64,000 nt of DNA from Lentisphaerae bacterium GWF2_38_69 (lineage in GTDB: Bacteria; Verrucomicrobiota; Lentisphaeria; Victivallales; GWF2-38-69). The position numbers and the translations under genes are program-made. The stretch is from contig MHBE01000047.1 of the NCBI GenBank assembly GCA_001803205.1, positions 1,308 to 65,307 of the forward strand, written 5' to 3'. The notes beneath the pieces were generated by a model. The model ran no database searches and was not told the DNA's origin. It saw nothing but the letters and a program-made list of their open reading frames with translations. Each line of letters starts with the position of its first letter. Position 1 is the first letter of the stretch. Of this stretch, positions 47,681 to 57,828 are shown one piece after another.

Positions 47681-48430
47681 TCATACGCATTTCATCTTTC
47701 CACCGTCACACGCAATTGCCTGCCCGGTAATATATGATGCTTTTTCCGAACCGAGAAATACTGCAAGAGCGGCAAACTCTTCAGGCAAGCCAAGTCTACC
47801 CATAGGTATTGTTTTTGCAACTTCGGTTTCATTTACACCTAACTCGATGAGGCGCTTTGTTTTTGTAAAACCAGGTAGAATTGCATTTACAGTAATATTA
47901 TGTGGAGCAAGTTCGAGTGAAACCGTTTTCATTATTCCCATTAGTCCAAACCGATAAGCGTTCGATAGAGCCAGAGATGGTATAATTTCTTTGGATGAAG
48001 TTGAAGTGCTAAGAATAATCCTTCCCCATTTTCTCTCAATCATCTGAGGAGCAACAGCTTTAATAGCGTCAATAGCGCTTCTCCACAGACCTTTGTATGC
48101 AGTGTCCCAGTCTTCATCCTTCAAGTCCATAAAATTGCATTTCGGAGGGCCGCCTGCATTTGTTACGAGTATATCTATTTGCCCTATTTCCCTGATAACA
48201 GTTTCAACTAATTTTCTTCCTGCTGAAACTTCATTAAGATCGCAAACAAACGGTATGGAGTTATCAATTTCAAGTGAAGCTTTTTCAGCCCTTACTGAAT
48301 CTCTGGAAACAATTGCGCAGATAGCGCCTTCCTGAGAGTAAGCTTTGGCTATCGCGTATCCTAATCCGCCTGAAGATCCCAGTATTAATATTTTTTTACC
48401 TTTTAATCCAAGATCCATATTATACCTCAC
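47681..48430 (-). CDS. Short-chain dehydrogenase/reductase (3-oxoacyl-ACP reductase-like)
   Basis: 249-aa. GSSGGLGYAIA cofactor motif, NAGG, and catalytic S...YxxxK (SNAYRFGLMGIMK). Confidence 0.85.
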   Translation of the reverse strand: MRYNMDLGLKGKKILILGSSGGLGYAIAKAYSQEGAICAIVSRDSVRAEKASLEIDNSIPFVCDLNEVSAGRKLVETVIREIGQIDILVTNAGGPPKCNFMDLKDEDWDTAYKGLWRSAIDAIKAVAPQMIERKWGRIILSTSTSSKEIIPSLALSNAYRFGLMGIMKTVSLELAPHNITVNAILPGFTKTKRLIELGVNETEVAKTIPMGRLGLPEEFAALAVFLGSEKASYITGQAIACDGGKMKCV

Positions 48431-48445
48431 TTTGTTCTACTGTTT

Positions 48446-48691
48446 TCAAATAAGCTTAAGAGCTTCGTCAAGGTCGTTGACAAGATCTTCTTTGTTTTCC
48501 AGGCCTACGGAAATTCTAATAGTGCCAAGGGATATTCCCATGGCTTTGAACTGTTCCGGAGGAAGTTCCTTTAAATAACCTATGGCAGGAGCTAAAATCA
48601 AACTTTCGTGCCCACCCCAGCTAACGCCTATTTTGAAAAGCTTAAGGGAATTAACAAAAGATTTAATATTTTCAATCTGATAATCTTTCAT
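48446..48691 (-). pseudogene. C-terminal remnant of a Cys/Met-metabolism PLP-dependent enzyme (cystathionine beta-lyase/gamma-synthase family)
   Basis: The 81-aa ORF matches only the family C-terminus (LKLFKIGVSWGGHESLI...GTIRISVGLENKEDLVNDLDEAL). The ~300-aa N-terminal part, including the PLP-binding Lys, is absent. The ORF starts 4 nt after the upstream gene's stop. Confidence 0.7.
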
Positions 48692-48695
48692 AACA

Positions 48696-49613
48696 TCACA
48701 TGAATTCTATTCTATTTCTTCCGTGTTCCTTTGCCTGATAAAGAAGTTTATCAGCGTGCGATATAAGTTCAATAAAATCTTTTTTACCTTCCATTGAAGC
48801 GATTCCTCCGCTTATAGTCAAAGAGAATTCAGGTTTATCATTGAATCGTATCTGAGATATTTTAGTTCTCAGGAAATCCGCTACATAAGCGGCGCTTTCA
48901 ATAAATGTATTAGGAAGAATGATAAGAAATTCTTCTCCGCCATATCTGCCTGAGAAGTCAACTTTTCTAAGATTGTTTTTAAATATCTGGGCTATTCTCA
49001 TAAGCACTTCATCACCGAAAAGATGACCGTAAGTGTCATTGATCTGCTTAAAGTAATCTATATCAAACATTATAACGCTAAGCGGCTGATTATAGCGCCT
49101 TGCTTCATCAAATCTTTTGGATAAAATATCTACAATATGCTTGTGATTAAATAGTTGAGTAAGACTGTCAATTACAATAAGTTTATTAAGAATTGCATTT
49201 TTTTCCTCAAGCATTTCAAGTGTGCGTTTGAGCTGCAACTCCGCTCTCTTGACTCTCATGGCATTGGTTATTCTGGCTATGAGTTCCAGTTTATGAACCG
49301 GCTTTTCTATATAATCAAAGCCTCCTACATCGAAGGATTTCTGTAAAATATCATCCCCTGTGGCTCCTGTGAGGAAGATAATAATCATGTCTCTATTTTT
49401 CTTTAGAATCTTTTTACAGAGTTCATGTCCATTCATTTCCGGCATTATCACATCAAGAAGAGCCAGGTCATATTCGTTATTATCCATTAACTCCAAGCAT
49501 TCTTTCCCAGAGGTGCATGTAGTTACATCAAACTCATTGGAATCAAGAAGCATTTTTACAATGCTGAGTATTATGACTTCATCATCTACAGCTATAATCT
49601 TTATTTTTTCCAT
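48696..49613 (-). CDS. Response regulator-diguanylate cyclase (REC, coiled coil, GGDEF)
   Basis: 305-aa. REC domain (IIAVDDE...LDVIMPEM) and a GGDEF domain with an intact GGEEF active site. Confidence 0.9.
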   Translation of the reverse strand: MEKIKIIAVDDEVIILSIVKMLLDSNEFDVTTCTSGKECLELMDNNEYDLALLDVIMPEMNGHELCKKILKKNRDMIIIFLTGATGDDILQKSFDVGGFDYIEKPVHKLELIARITNAMRVKRAELQLKRTLEMLEEKNAILNKLIVIDSLTQLFNHKHIVDILSKRFDEARRYNQPLSVIMFDIDYFKQINDTYGHLFGDEVLMRIAQIFKNNLRKVDFSGRYGGEEFLIILPNTFIESAAYVADFLRTKISQIRFNDKPEFSLTISGGIASMEGKKDFIELISHADKLLYQAKEHGRNRIEFM

Positions 49614-49693
49614 TTCAAACCGGGTTATCGTTAAAGCGCAACTATCATTAAGAGGATTTAAGGGCAGGCAACATGAAAAGTAAAGAGGATGAA

Positions 49694-51088
49694 TTAAAAA
49701 TCGGCACTTTTGGGTGTTCTGGGATAAGGAATCACATCACGGATATTGTTCATACCGCTGCAAAACTGTACCATTCTTTCAAAGCCAAGTCCGAATCCTG
49801 AATGAGGTACCGAACCGAATCTGCGAAGGTCGAGATACCACCAGAAGTCTTTTATATTCTGTCCCATATTTTTGATTTTTTCTTCAATTATTTCGAGCCG
49901 TTCCTCTCTTTGGCTCCCTCCGATTATCTCCCCTACTCCAGGAACCAGTACATCCATTGCGGCCACGGTTTTTCCGTCATCATTGATTCTCATGTAGAAG
50001 GCTTTGATATCTTTGGGGTAATTCATTACAATAACGGGGCCTTTGAAATAATTTTCTGTCAAATATCTTTCATGTTCTGACTGCAAATCTATTCCCCATT
50101 GAACCGGAAATTCAAACTTTTCCCCGGATTTTTCAAGAATAGAAATTGCTTCGGTATAAGTGATTCTCTTGAAGGTTGAAGCTTCGATTCTGCAAAGATT
50201 GTCTATTAGCCCTTTGGATATCCTGTTATCAAAAAACTTCAAATCTTCTTCAGAGTTTTTTAAAACACTCTTCATTAGGTAGCGGATATAATCCTCTGCA
50301 AGATCTGCGTTGTCATTAATATCCGCAAAAGCCATTTCAGGTTCAATCATCCAAAATTCAGCAAGATGCCTTCTTGTGTTTGAATTCTCAGCTCTGAAAG
50401 TTGGGCCGAAAGTGTAGATATTACCAAGAGCACATGCATAAGTTTCGCCTTCAAGTTGCCCACTGACCGTCAAATTTGCTTTTCTGCCAAAAAAATCTTG
50501 AGTATAATCTATATTCCCTTTTTCAGTTTTAGGAAGTTTTTCAAGATCTAGTGTAGTAACCTGAAACATCTCTCCTGCACCTTCACAATCGCTGCATGTA
50601 ATGATTGGAGAATGAAGGTAGAGAAAACCTCTTTCCTGGAAAAATTTATGAGTTGAGAATGCCAGATCATTCCTGAGTCTGGCTATTGCTCCGAAACTAT
50701 TTGTTCTTGCTCTCAAATGAGCTTCTTCCCTAAGTTTTTCAAAGGAAATCCTCTGCTTTTGCAATGGGTATATTTCTGGATCGCAAAAGCCTAACACTTT
50801 CAATGAATTAGCTCTGAGCTCAAGAGGCTGCTCCGTCCCCTGGGATTTTACCACAGTCCCGGTAATTTTTACTGAACATCCCGGATAAAGTTTAACAACA
50901 TCTGATTCATAGTTAACCAGAGATGCTTCTGCAATAATCTGCAGGTTTCTAAAACATGAGCCGTCATTTAGTTCGATAAATGAGAACCCCCCTTTGGAAT
51001 CCCGCCTTGTCCTAATCCATCCGCAAACAGTGATTTCTGAACCAATCTCCTCTTTACTCAGGACATTTTTTATATATTCTCTTTTCAT
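49694..51088 (-). CDS. asnS: Asparagine--tRNA ligase
   Basis: 464-aa. N-terminal OB fold (VCGWIRTRRDSKGGFSFIELNDGS) and class IIb motifs (FRAENSNTRRHLAEFWMIE, GSQREER, GFGLGFERM). Confidence 0.95.
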   Translation of the reverse strand: MKREYIKNVLSKEEIGSEITVCGWIRTRRDSKGGFSFIELNDGSCFRNLQIIAEASLVNYESDVVKLYPGCSVKITGTVVKSQGTEQPLELRANSLKVLGFCDPEIYPLQKQRISFEKLREEAHLRARTNSFGAIARLRNDLAFSTHKFFQERGFLYLHSPIITCSDCEGAGEMFQVTTLDLEKLPKTEKGNIDYTQDFFGRKANLTVSGQLEGETYACALGNIYTFGPTFRAENSNTRRHLAEFWMIEPEMAFADINDNADLAEDYIRYLMKSVLKNSEEDLKFFDNRISKGLIDNLCRIEASTFKRITYTEAISILEKSGEKFEFPVQWGIDLQSEHERYLTENYFKGPVIVMNYPKDIKAFYMRINDDGKTVAAMDVLVPGVGEIIGGSQREERLEIIEEKIKNMGQNIKDFWWYLDLRRFGSVPHSGFGLGFERMVQFCSGMNNIRDVIPYPRTPKSADF

Positions 51089-51121
51089 ACTGTATTTCTT
51101 GGTTTATTGAGTTATTTCATA

Positions 51122-51538
51122 TTAAGCTATTTTCGGAAGTTTCTTCTGCCTTTTTAAGATTTTGGGTATAAACGGTCTTCTAAGTTCCTCTTCAAAGTTA
51201 TAATTAACATTGAAATCATCTAAGGAATCCTTATCCGTTTTAGAAAGGAGGTTATACTCAATCATATTAAAAACAATATTCCCTATTGAAATAGGCTCTC
51301 TAATACCCCATTCCTGAAAAATTTCCAAGGACATTGGTCCAAACTTCTTAATTGCGTATTCTTTGATTCCCACAAGAAGTTCCATACCTGTTACATGCCT
51401 TGCCTTGCCTTTTTGCTGCTCAAAAAGTTTTACTGTGAAAATCACAGCGTCATTTACGAACTCATATGCATCTGGAGCATACCTGGCATCTTTAAGTGTT
51501 ATTTTTTTTACGGTGTTGTAGAATTCATTACTTTTCAT
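51122..51538 (-). CDS. Minf_1886-like conserved hypothetical protein
   Basis: 138-aa. From memory it resembles a small family seen in Verrucomicrobia, Planctomycetes and Chlamydiae (ARYAPDAYEFV...HVTGMELL...FGPM). The assignment is tentative. Confidence 0.55.
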   Translation of the reverse strand: MKSNEFYNTVKKITLKDARYAPDAYEFVNDAVIFTVKLFEQQKGKARHVTGMELLVGIKEYAIKKFGPMSLEIFQEWGIREPISIGNIVFNMIEYNLLSKTDKDSLDDFNVNYNFEEELRRPFIPKILKRQKKLPKIA

Positions 51539-51559
51539 TAGATTTTCCTGCTTAATGTA

Positions 51560-52507
51560 TCAGAAATTAAAAAGATCTTCCTGTACTGGAGTACTGGTGC
51601 ATATTTCATTGATAATGCCATGGAGAGATTTAAGCTCATATTCTGCAGCTATCCTTTCCATGGAAGATTTATTTATCTTGTTTAATATTAAATCTTTAAG
51701 ATTGCTTAACTTATCAAGTTCAAGATCGCTGTCGAGCGTGATTATTTTTATATTTCGCTCAAGCAGTTCCTTATTCTCCAGAAAAAGAGTTCTGAGCTTT
51801 TCGGTCTTGAGTTTTTCAGGAAACAAATAGATATTAGCGATGCTTCCGAATTCCTCAAGGAGTTTGGATGCTGTTTTTGATCCTATTCCAGGCAAACCTG
51901 TGATATTATCTGATGAATCTCCAACCATAGCCAGATAATCGACAATCTGATTTGGTCTTACCCCGTATTTTTGATAAACTTTGTCAGGTGTCCGTTCTTC
52001 AATTTCTTTGGTAAATGAATTTACTGCCAGGATAGTGACTCTTGAGTCGACAACTTGAGATATATCCTTGTCGTTAGTAAGAATTTTTATTCTTTCCGAA
52101 GTAATTTTTTTTGCAATAGCAGCGATAATATCGTCCGCCTCTACCCCTTCAGTTTCAATTATCCTCCATCCAAAAGAAGCTATAAGTTCCCTTATTGTTT
52201 CTATCTGACATCTCATGTCATCAGGCATCCCTGGTCTGTTGGCTTTATACTCAGAATGGATAGCGAGCCTCTCAGCAGGTAAGCCTTTATCAAAAACAAA
52301 TGCTCCATATTCCGGATTGAAATCTTTCCTGAGAGAAATAAGGAATTTAGCGATGGCAAATATCGCGTTTGAGGGTTTGCCGTCCTTTGTAGTTAGCGAC
52401 TTTATGGCATGATACCCCCTATAAATCTGGGCATAAGCATCAACAAGATATATTATATTTTCTTCCAAAATAATCTCTCCTTGTCCCTTAAACTTCCAGT
52501 GCTTCAA
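51560..52507 (-). CDS. Stand-alone 5'-3' exonuclease / flap endonuclease (Pol I N-terminal domain homolog)
   Basis: 315-aa. YLVDAYAQIYRGYH, EADDIIA, TNDKDISQ, and H3TH GDSSDNITGLPGIGSKTA. Confidence 0.85.
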   Translation of the reverse strand: MKHWKFKGQGEIILEENIIYLVDAYAQIYRGYHAIKSLTTKDGKPSNAIFAIAKFLISLRKDFNPEYGAFVFDKGLPAERLAIHSEYKANRPGMPDDMRCQIETIRELIASFGWRIIETEGVEADDIIAAIAKKITSERIKILTNDKDISQVVDSRVTILAVNSFTKEIEERTPDKVYQKYGVRPNQIVDYLAMVGDSSDNITGLPGIGSKTASKLLEEFGSIANIYLFPEKLKTEKLRTLFLENKELLERNIKIITLDSDLELDKLSNLKDLILNKINKSSMERIAAEYELKSLHGIINEICTSTPVQEDLFNF

Positions 52508-53474
52508 GAGCCAGAAATACCTCTTTATATGACTGATATCTTTGTTCAGGCTCTTTCTTTATCATTCTTCCGACTACAACTGCTAAATCGGCTGGAACAT
52601 TTGTCATTTTTCTTGAAAGATCGGCTAGAGCAATAGGAGAATTATGTAATCTTATTAACTCTTTTACTGTTTCTGCTTTATAGAAAGTTTTACCTGTAAG
52701 GCAGAAATACAAAAGCATTCCAAGTCCATATATTTCACTGCGCATATCTTCTCCAGCGAAATTCAATCTCTCCGGGGCAATATTAAATTCAGGAGAGCCC
52801 TCCACAACGCTTTTTTGGAAATTAATCTCTTCCATTTTTGCGGAAAGACCAAAGTCTATTATTTTTATCAAATTATTATCTGAAACAAGTATATTTTGAG
52901 GTTTTATATCTCTATACAGGTATCCTCTATTGTATAAATGCTGTAATACAGAGAGCAGCTGCTTAGCCCAGTAAATGACATCTTTTACGACTGGAAGGTT
53001 TTCCGGAACTACAAGTTTGTCCAACCTGAACCCTTCAATGTATTCTAATATCATATAATAGCTGCCGTTCCAATCAAACATATCATAAGTCTTGCAGATA
53101 TTGGGATGCTCATGCATCTTCTTGCCTATCGCGTATTCCTTAAGAAAAAGAGCCAGATCCGACTCATTCGATTCAGTCTCCTGCATAGAACTACTGCTCT
53201 TAAGCATTTTTATCGCTACAAATCTTTTTAGTTCTATTTCATAAGCTTTATAAACACTGCCGCATCCTCCTCCGCCCAAAGGTCTGAATACGCAGTAGTT
53301 TTGATTAACAAAAGATGGAATGAAGTTGAGTTCTGAACAATTTGGGCATTTCGCCATTGTAAAAGGCGTCATATTTTTAATTGAAAATGATTTAGAGCAA
53401 TTCTCGCAGGAGATGTTCCCCTTTCTTATCTCCTGAAGGTTGAAAGCTTTTTTTTCTTTAAAAAAACCAAACAT
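52488..53474 (-). CDS. Ser/Thr protein kinase with N-terminal CxxC...CxxC zinc ribbon
   Basis: 328-aa. CENCSK...CPNCSE, then G-loop LGGGGCGSVYKA, VAIK, catalytic loop YRDIKPQNILV, DFGLS, APE-like APER. Confidence 0.85.
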   Translation of the reverse strand: MFGFFKEKKAFNLQEIRKGNISCENCSKSFSIKNMTPFTMAKCPNCSELNFIPSFVNQNYCVFRPLGGGGCGSVYKAYEIELKRFVAIKMLKSSSSMQETESNESDLALFLKEYAIGKKMHEHPNICKTYDMFDWNGSYYMILEYIEGFRLDKLVVPENLPVVKDVIYWAKQLLSVLQHLYNRGYLYRDIKPQNILVSDNNLIKIIDFGLSAKMEEINFQKSVVEGSPEFNIAPERLNFAGEDMRSEIYGLGMLLYFCLTGKTFYKAETVKELIRLHNSPIALADLSRKMTNVPADLAVVVGRMIKKEPEQRYQSYKEVFLALEALEV

Positions 53475-53614
53475 TATTGCTATTCCGATATATAAGCTTT
53501 TTATATTATAGGAAGTTTAACACTTATATGAGTTCTATCCATTAGTATTTTCTCTTTTTTATTTATAATATTAAATTATTTGGCTCAGGACAACTTAAAA
53601 ACGAGGGATTGTAA

Positions 53615-54415
53615 ATGAACTATACTTATCAAGGTGATAGCTATGACACACCAGTCGACGCACCTAAGGCAATAGGCGATACTCTCTTATTTAAACGCCG
53701 CCTCTATTTTTATTATAGATTCTTCAGTGTTATATATAAGGCCAATTCAGTTATTAAAAAGAAGGGTCAATATACAAACGAGGATTGGGCTGAAAATTCC
53801 TATTATACATTTAGATCCGTAGAAAATTGCGGTGGCAAAATCCATATAAAAGGAATGTCCAATATAATAAAGATTAAAGAACCCGTTGTTTTTATCGGCA
53901 ATCACATGAGCACTCTTGAAACATTTCTTATACCAGGGATACTCTGTCCAAGAAAGCCCTCGAGTTTCGTTGTCAAAAAAGAACTGGTTGACTCCAAAAT
54001 ATTCGGACTTATTATGAAATCAACATCTCCTATCGTTGTCGGCAGAAGCAATCCTATGGAAGATCTTAAAACTGTTTTAAATGAAGGTACAGAAAAACTG
54101 AAAACAGGCCGTTCAATGATTGTTTTTCCTCAACATACAAGAAGTGCAGTATTTAAACCTGATGATTTTAATTCCATTGGAGTCAAATTGGCTAAAAAAG
54201 CTGGGGCGAAAATTATTCCATTTGCGCTTAAGACTGATTTTATGGAGAATGGAAAACATTTTAAGGACCTTGGCCCGATCCGCAGAGAAAGAGATGTCTA
54301 TATTGAGTTCGCTGAACCTATGGACGTTGAAGGAAACGGAAAGGAAACTCATAATAAGATAGTTGAATTTGTTAAAAAAAAACTCCTTGGCTGGGGCGGA
54401 ACCGTAGCTCAATGA
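53615..54415 (+). CDS. Lysophospholipid (1-acyl-sn-glycerol-3-phosphate) acyltransferase family protein
   Basis: 266-aa. Acyltransferase block I-like NHMSTLE (Glu in place of the usual Asp) and later FPQHTRS (block III-like). Confidence 0.7.
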   Translation: MNYTYQGDSYDTPVDAPKAIGDTLLFKRRLYFYYRFFSVIYKANSVIKKKGQYTNEDWAENSYYTFRSVENCGGKIHIKGMSNIIKIKEPVVFIGNHMSTLETFLIPGILCPRKPSSFVVKKELVDSKIFGLIMKSTSPIVVGRSNPMEDLKTVLNEGTEKLKTGRSMIVFPQHTRSAVFKPDDFNSIGVKLAKKAGAKIIPFALKTDFMENGKHFKDLGPIRRERDVYIEFAEPMDVEGNGKETHNKIVEFVKKKLLGWGGTVAQ

Positions 54416-54419
54416 TTAA

Positions 54420-55130
54420 ATGATCAAAACTGAAAATCTTACAAAAAAATACGGTTTTTTTACTGCCGTAAACTCCATCTCCTTCGAAGTAAAAATTGGA
54501 GAAGTAGTAGGTTTTCTCGGGCCAAATGGCGCAGGGAAAAGCACTACGATGAAAATACTTACTTCTTTCATTGCTCCGACTTCAGGTTCTACTAGCATAG
54601 CTGGCATAGATATCCAGAAAAACCCTGTTCAAGCAAAGGCTTTAACAGGATATCTGCCTGAAAATAGTCCTCTTTATAAAGATTTGACAGTTATGGAATT
54701 TCTCAAATTTTGCGCTTCCATAAGACGGATTCCCGGAAAAATGCAGAAGACCTCGATTGAAAAGGTAGTGGAAAGCTGCGGCTTGCATAAAGTTGTTTAT
54801 CAAACAATCGATACCCTCTCCAAAGGATATATTAAAAGAACAGGTCTAGCTCAGGCGTTGATACATGACCCTCCATATCTTATTCTTGATGAACCAGCTG
54901 ACGGTCTTGATCCTAACCAGAAAGCTCATGTTCATAACCTGATTAAAGATATGAGCAAGACAAAGGCAATACTTCTTTCTACACATGTTCTGGAAGAGGC
55001 ACAGGAATTCTGCTCGAGAATAATAATAATCTCAAATGGAACTATAGCAGCTGAAGGATCCGTAAAAGATATATGCCTAAAGTATGGTCCGACTCTTTCT
55101 GAATCCTTCAGGAAACTTACTTTGCCATGA
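54420..55130 (+). CDS. ABC transporter ATP-binding protein (GldA-like, ABC-2 type)
   Basis: 236-aa. Walker A GPNGAGKST, degenerate signature LSKGYIKR, Walker B LILDEPADGLD. Confidence 0.9.
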   Translation: MIKTENLTKKYGFFTAVNSISFEVKIGEVVGFLGPNGAGKSTTMKILTSFIAPTSGSTSIAGIDIQKNPVQAKALTGYLPENSPLYKDLTVMEFLKFCASIRRIPGKMQKTSIEKVVESCGLHKVVYQTIDTLSKGYIKRTGLAQALIHDPPYLILDEPADGLDPNQKAHVHNLIKDMSKTKAILLSTHVLEEAQEFCSRIIIISNGTIAAEGSVKDICLKYGPTLSESFRKLTLP

Positions 55131-57823
55131 AAAACTTAAGACAAAAATATCCCTTTTCGATTCATTCTGTATTAATTTTAGCCAGGAAAGAGCTTCTTTC
55201 CTGCTTTATCTCACCTTTAGCTTATATTTTTATGATTATCTTCCTGCTGCTTGCAGGTTTAGTTACCTTCGGAGAAAGCCCTTTCGGGAATTTTCTTGGC
55301 AACAATATGGCATCTCTTACATATAGTCTTTTTAGTTTTTTCCCATGGCTTTTCCTTGTCCTGATTCCTCCTATTTCGATGAGAATGTGGTCAGAAGAAC
55401 AAAAATCAGGCTCCATTGAACTTTTGCTTACAATGCCGATTTCAGTAACAGAAGCAGTAATAGGAAAATTTATCGCGTCCTGGCTGATTGTGACAGTTTC
55501 TATCTTATTAACATTCCCTTTGATAATTACTGTCAATTACCTAGGCAATCCCGATAATGTCCTTGTCTTTTCAGGTTATGTTTCAAGTATTCTGCTTGCC
55601 GGAAGTTATGTAGCAATAGGTTCAATCACATCAGCTCTTTGCAAAAATCAGATAATATCATTCATTTTCACCCTGATTATCTGTTTATTTCTACTCCTGA
55701 TCGGACATCCTGCACTCAATAATCTCTTTTCTTCCTGGACACCGGTTTGGATAGCTAATATGCTTTCTGATTTAAGTTTGTTTCCTCACTTTTCATATAT
55801 TCAGAAAGGAAGTTTTGAGGTTGAAGATATTACATATTTTCTCTCAATTATCATTTTCGGGATAGTCTCTTCACGCATCATAATCAAAACCAGATATCGG
55901 GGTAAAAATAATGATAGCTCTTTCAGAAGACTCGAAACTAATTCACCGCTTACAGCAATTGTATCAATTCTGGCGATTCTAGTGGTGTTAATAAATATCA
56001 ACTTCCTTATTGGTAGAATCTTTACTCTTCCCATCGATATCACTACCGATCGACTTTATTCTTTTTCTCAGGGCACAAAAAATATTCTGAAAAACCTTAA
56101 ACATCCCGTTACCATCCGTTTTTACAGATCATACAGCGAGAATAGCCTGCCTGTTCAATTACTAGCCTATGCCGAACGAATAGAAGATCTGCTCAGAGCC
56201 TACAGCAACCATGCTGAAGGAAAAATAATACTTGAATATTATGATCCTGTCCCGGAATCTTCTGCTGAAGAATCTGCCGTCATGGATGGAATCCAGACAA
56301 ATACTCTCCCAACAGGAGAAAAATGCTATTTCGGCTTAACTATCAGCTATATGAATAGAAACAGCACTATTGCGTTTCTCTCCCCTGCAAATGAAAAAGT
56401 TATTGAATACGATATTACCCGTTCCATTTATGATTTAACTCATCCGGAAAAACCTGTCGTAGGAGTAATTAGTTCATTGCCTGTAATGGGAGGAATAACA
56501 GGGATGATTCCTTCTAGATTTACTCAATCACCTCCATGGATATTCTTACAGGAACTTCAGGAAATGTTTGATGTTAGATCCCTCCCCTACAACCTCTCAG
56601 GCATCGATGATAAAATTAACATACTGCTTGTTATTCATCCAGTTGGACTTCCTTCTCAAACAGAGTTTGCAATAGATCAGTTCCTGCTCAAAGGCGGGAG
56701 CCTAATGATATTTCTCGACCCTTACTGCATTGTTAAAACAGCTGTAACTCAGATTGATCCGCTTAGTCAGTCGCCTGTCCTTCCTGATTCCTCCAATTTG
56801 CCAAGATTGCTGAATGCCTGGGGAATGGATTTTTCTCAGGATCAGGAGGTTGTAATATCTCCTGAAAACGCATATCGCCAGATTGGCGACCCATCGGCCA
56901 AAGTCCATCCCGGAGTTCTGAACATACTTCCCGGAACAATGGCCAAAAGCGATATTATTACAGCCGGATTAAACTCGCTAAATCTAATCTTCTGCGGAGG
57001 ATTCAATAAATATAATGATGTCAAATCCGAGAGTATAATAACTTCAACCGCGCTTTTCTTTACTTCACCATATGCAAACTTTTGCAATAATTTCAACTAT
57101 TACCTTACTCCAGAAGAGCTTACAATTGACTTCAAGCCTTTAAATCATCCGATAAATCTGGGTTTGTATCTGACGGGTTTCTTCAACAGTGCTTTTCCCG
57201 AAGGAATTTCTTCCGATACTACCAGAAATTCTATTAAAAAATCAACTAAACAGGGAAATGTGATCCTCGTTGGAGATGCAGATATGCTTTTTAACAATTT
57301 CTGCGTAACCGAAAGTAAATCAGGAGGTAAGACAGTTTTGTCTGTACTTAATGGCAATATTGATTTTGTTCTTAATTCTGTTGATTTTCTTTCGGGGGAT
57401 ACCGATATAATGTCAATTCGTTCACGATCTTCAATTGAGAGAAAATTTACAAGACTGGAAGAGCTATATAATCAAACAGCAAGAATATACCAGGACAAAC
57501 TCTCCACCCTCCAGAAAAAACTGGTAGACGCAGAATCTTCTGTTTCCAAAATACAGGGAACTGATAACTCAAAAAATATTTCTCAGTTAACATCTGATGA
57601 ACTGCAAGCTCTCCAGAAATTCCGGAAAGAAGCCAGGAAAGCCAGGACAGAGCTTCATTCCATCAGAAAAGAATTGAGAACTAAACTGGACAGAACAAAG
57701 ACATCAATAATCTTCTTTGATGTGGCTCTCATCCCCATACTCCTTGGAATATTGGGAATTACAGTTGCCATCGTAAGAAGAAGAAAACACAAGAAAAATC
57801 TTATTATGTTAAATATTAGATAG
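55127..57823 (+). CDS. Fused ABC-2 permease (GldF-like) and GldG-like auxiliary domain
   Basis: 898-aa. The N-terminal ~240 aa form a 6-TM ABC-2 permease. The remainder has the GldG pattern (DITTDRLYSFSQGTKNILKNLKHPVTIRFY...) with a terminal TM anchor. ATGA overlap with the ATPase gene. Confidence 0.75.
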   Translation: MKNLRQKYPFSIHSVLILARKELLSCFISPLAYIFMIIFLLLAGLVTFGESPFGNFLGNNMASLTYSLFSFFPWLFLVLIPPISMRMWSEEQKSGSIELLLTMPISVTEAVIGKFIASWLIVTVSILLTFPLIITVNYLGNPDNVLVFSGYVSSILLAGSYVAIGSITSALCKNQIISFIFTLIICLFLLLIGHPALNNLFSSWTPVWIANMLSDLSLFPHFSYIQKGSFEVEDITYFLSIIIFGIVSSRIIIKTRYRGKNNDSSFRRLETNSPLTAIVSILAILVVLININFLIGRIFTLPIDITTDRLYSFSQGTKNILKNLKHPVTIRFYRSYSENSLPVQLLAYAERIEDLLRAYSNHAEGKIILEYYDPVPESSAEESAVMDGIQTNTLPTGEKCYFGLTISYMNRNSTIAFLSPANEKVIEYDITRSIYDLTHPEKPVVGVISSLPVMGGITGMIPSRFTQSPPWIFLQELQEMFDVRSLPYNLSGIDDKINILLVIHPVGLPSQTEFAIDQFLLKGGSLMIFLDPYCIVKTAVTQIDPLSQSPVLPDSSNLPRLLNAWGMDFSQDQEVVISPENAYRQIGDPSAKVHPGVLNILPGTMAKSDIITAGLNSLNLIFCGGFNKYNDVKSESIITSTALFFTSPYANFCNNFNYYLTPEELTIDFKPLNHPINLGLYLTGFFNSAFPEGISSDTTRNSIKKSTKQGNVILVGDADMLFNNFCVTESKSGGKTVLSVLNGNIDFVLNSVDFLSGDTDIMSIRSRSSIERKFTRLEELYNQTARIYQDKLSTLQKKLVDAESSVSKIQGTDNSKNISQLTSDELQALQKFRKEARKARTELHSIRKELRTKLDRTKTSIIFFDVALIPILLGILGITVAIVRRRKHKKNLIMLNIR

Positions 57824-57828
57824 CTATT

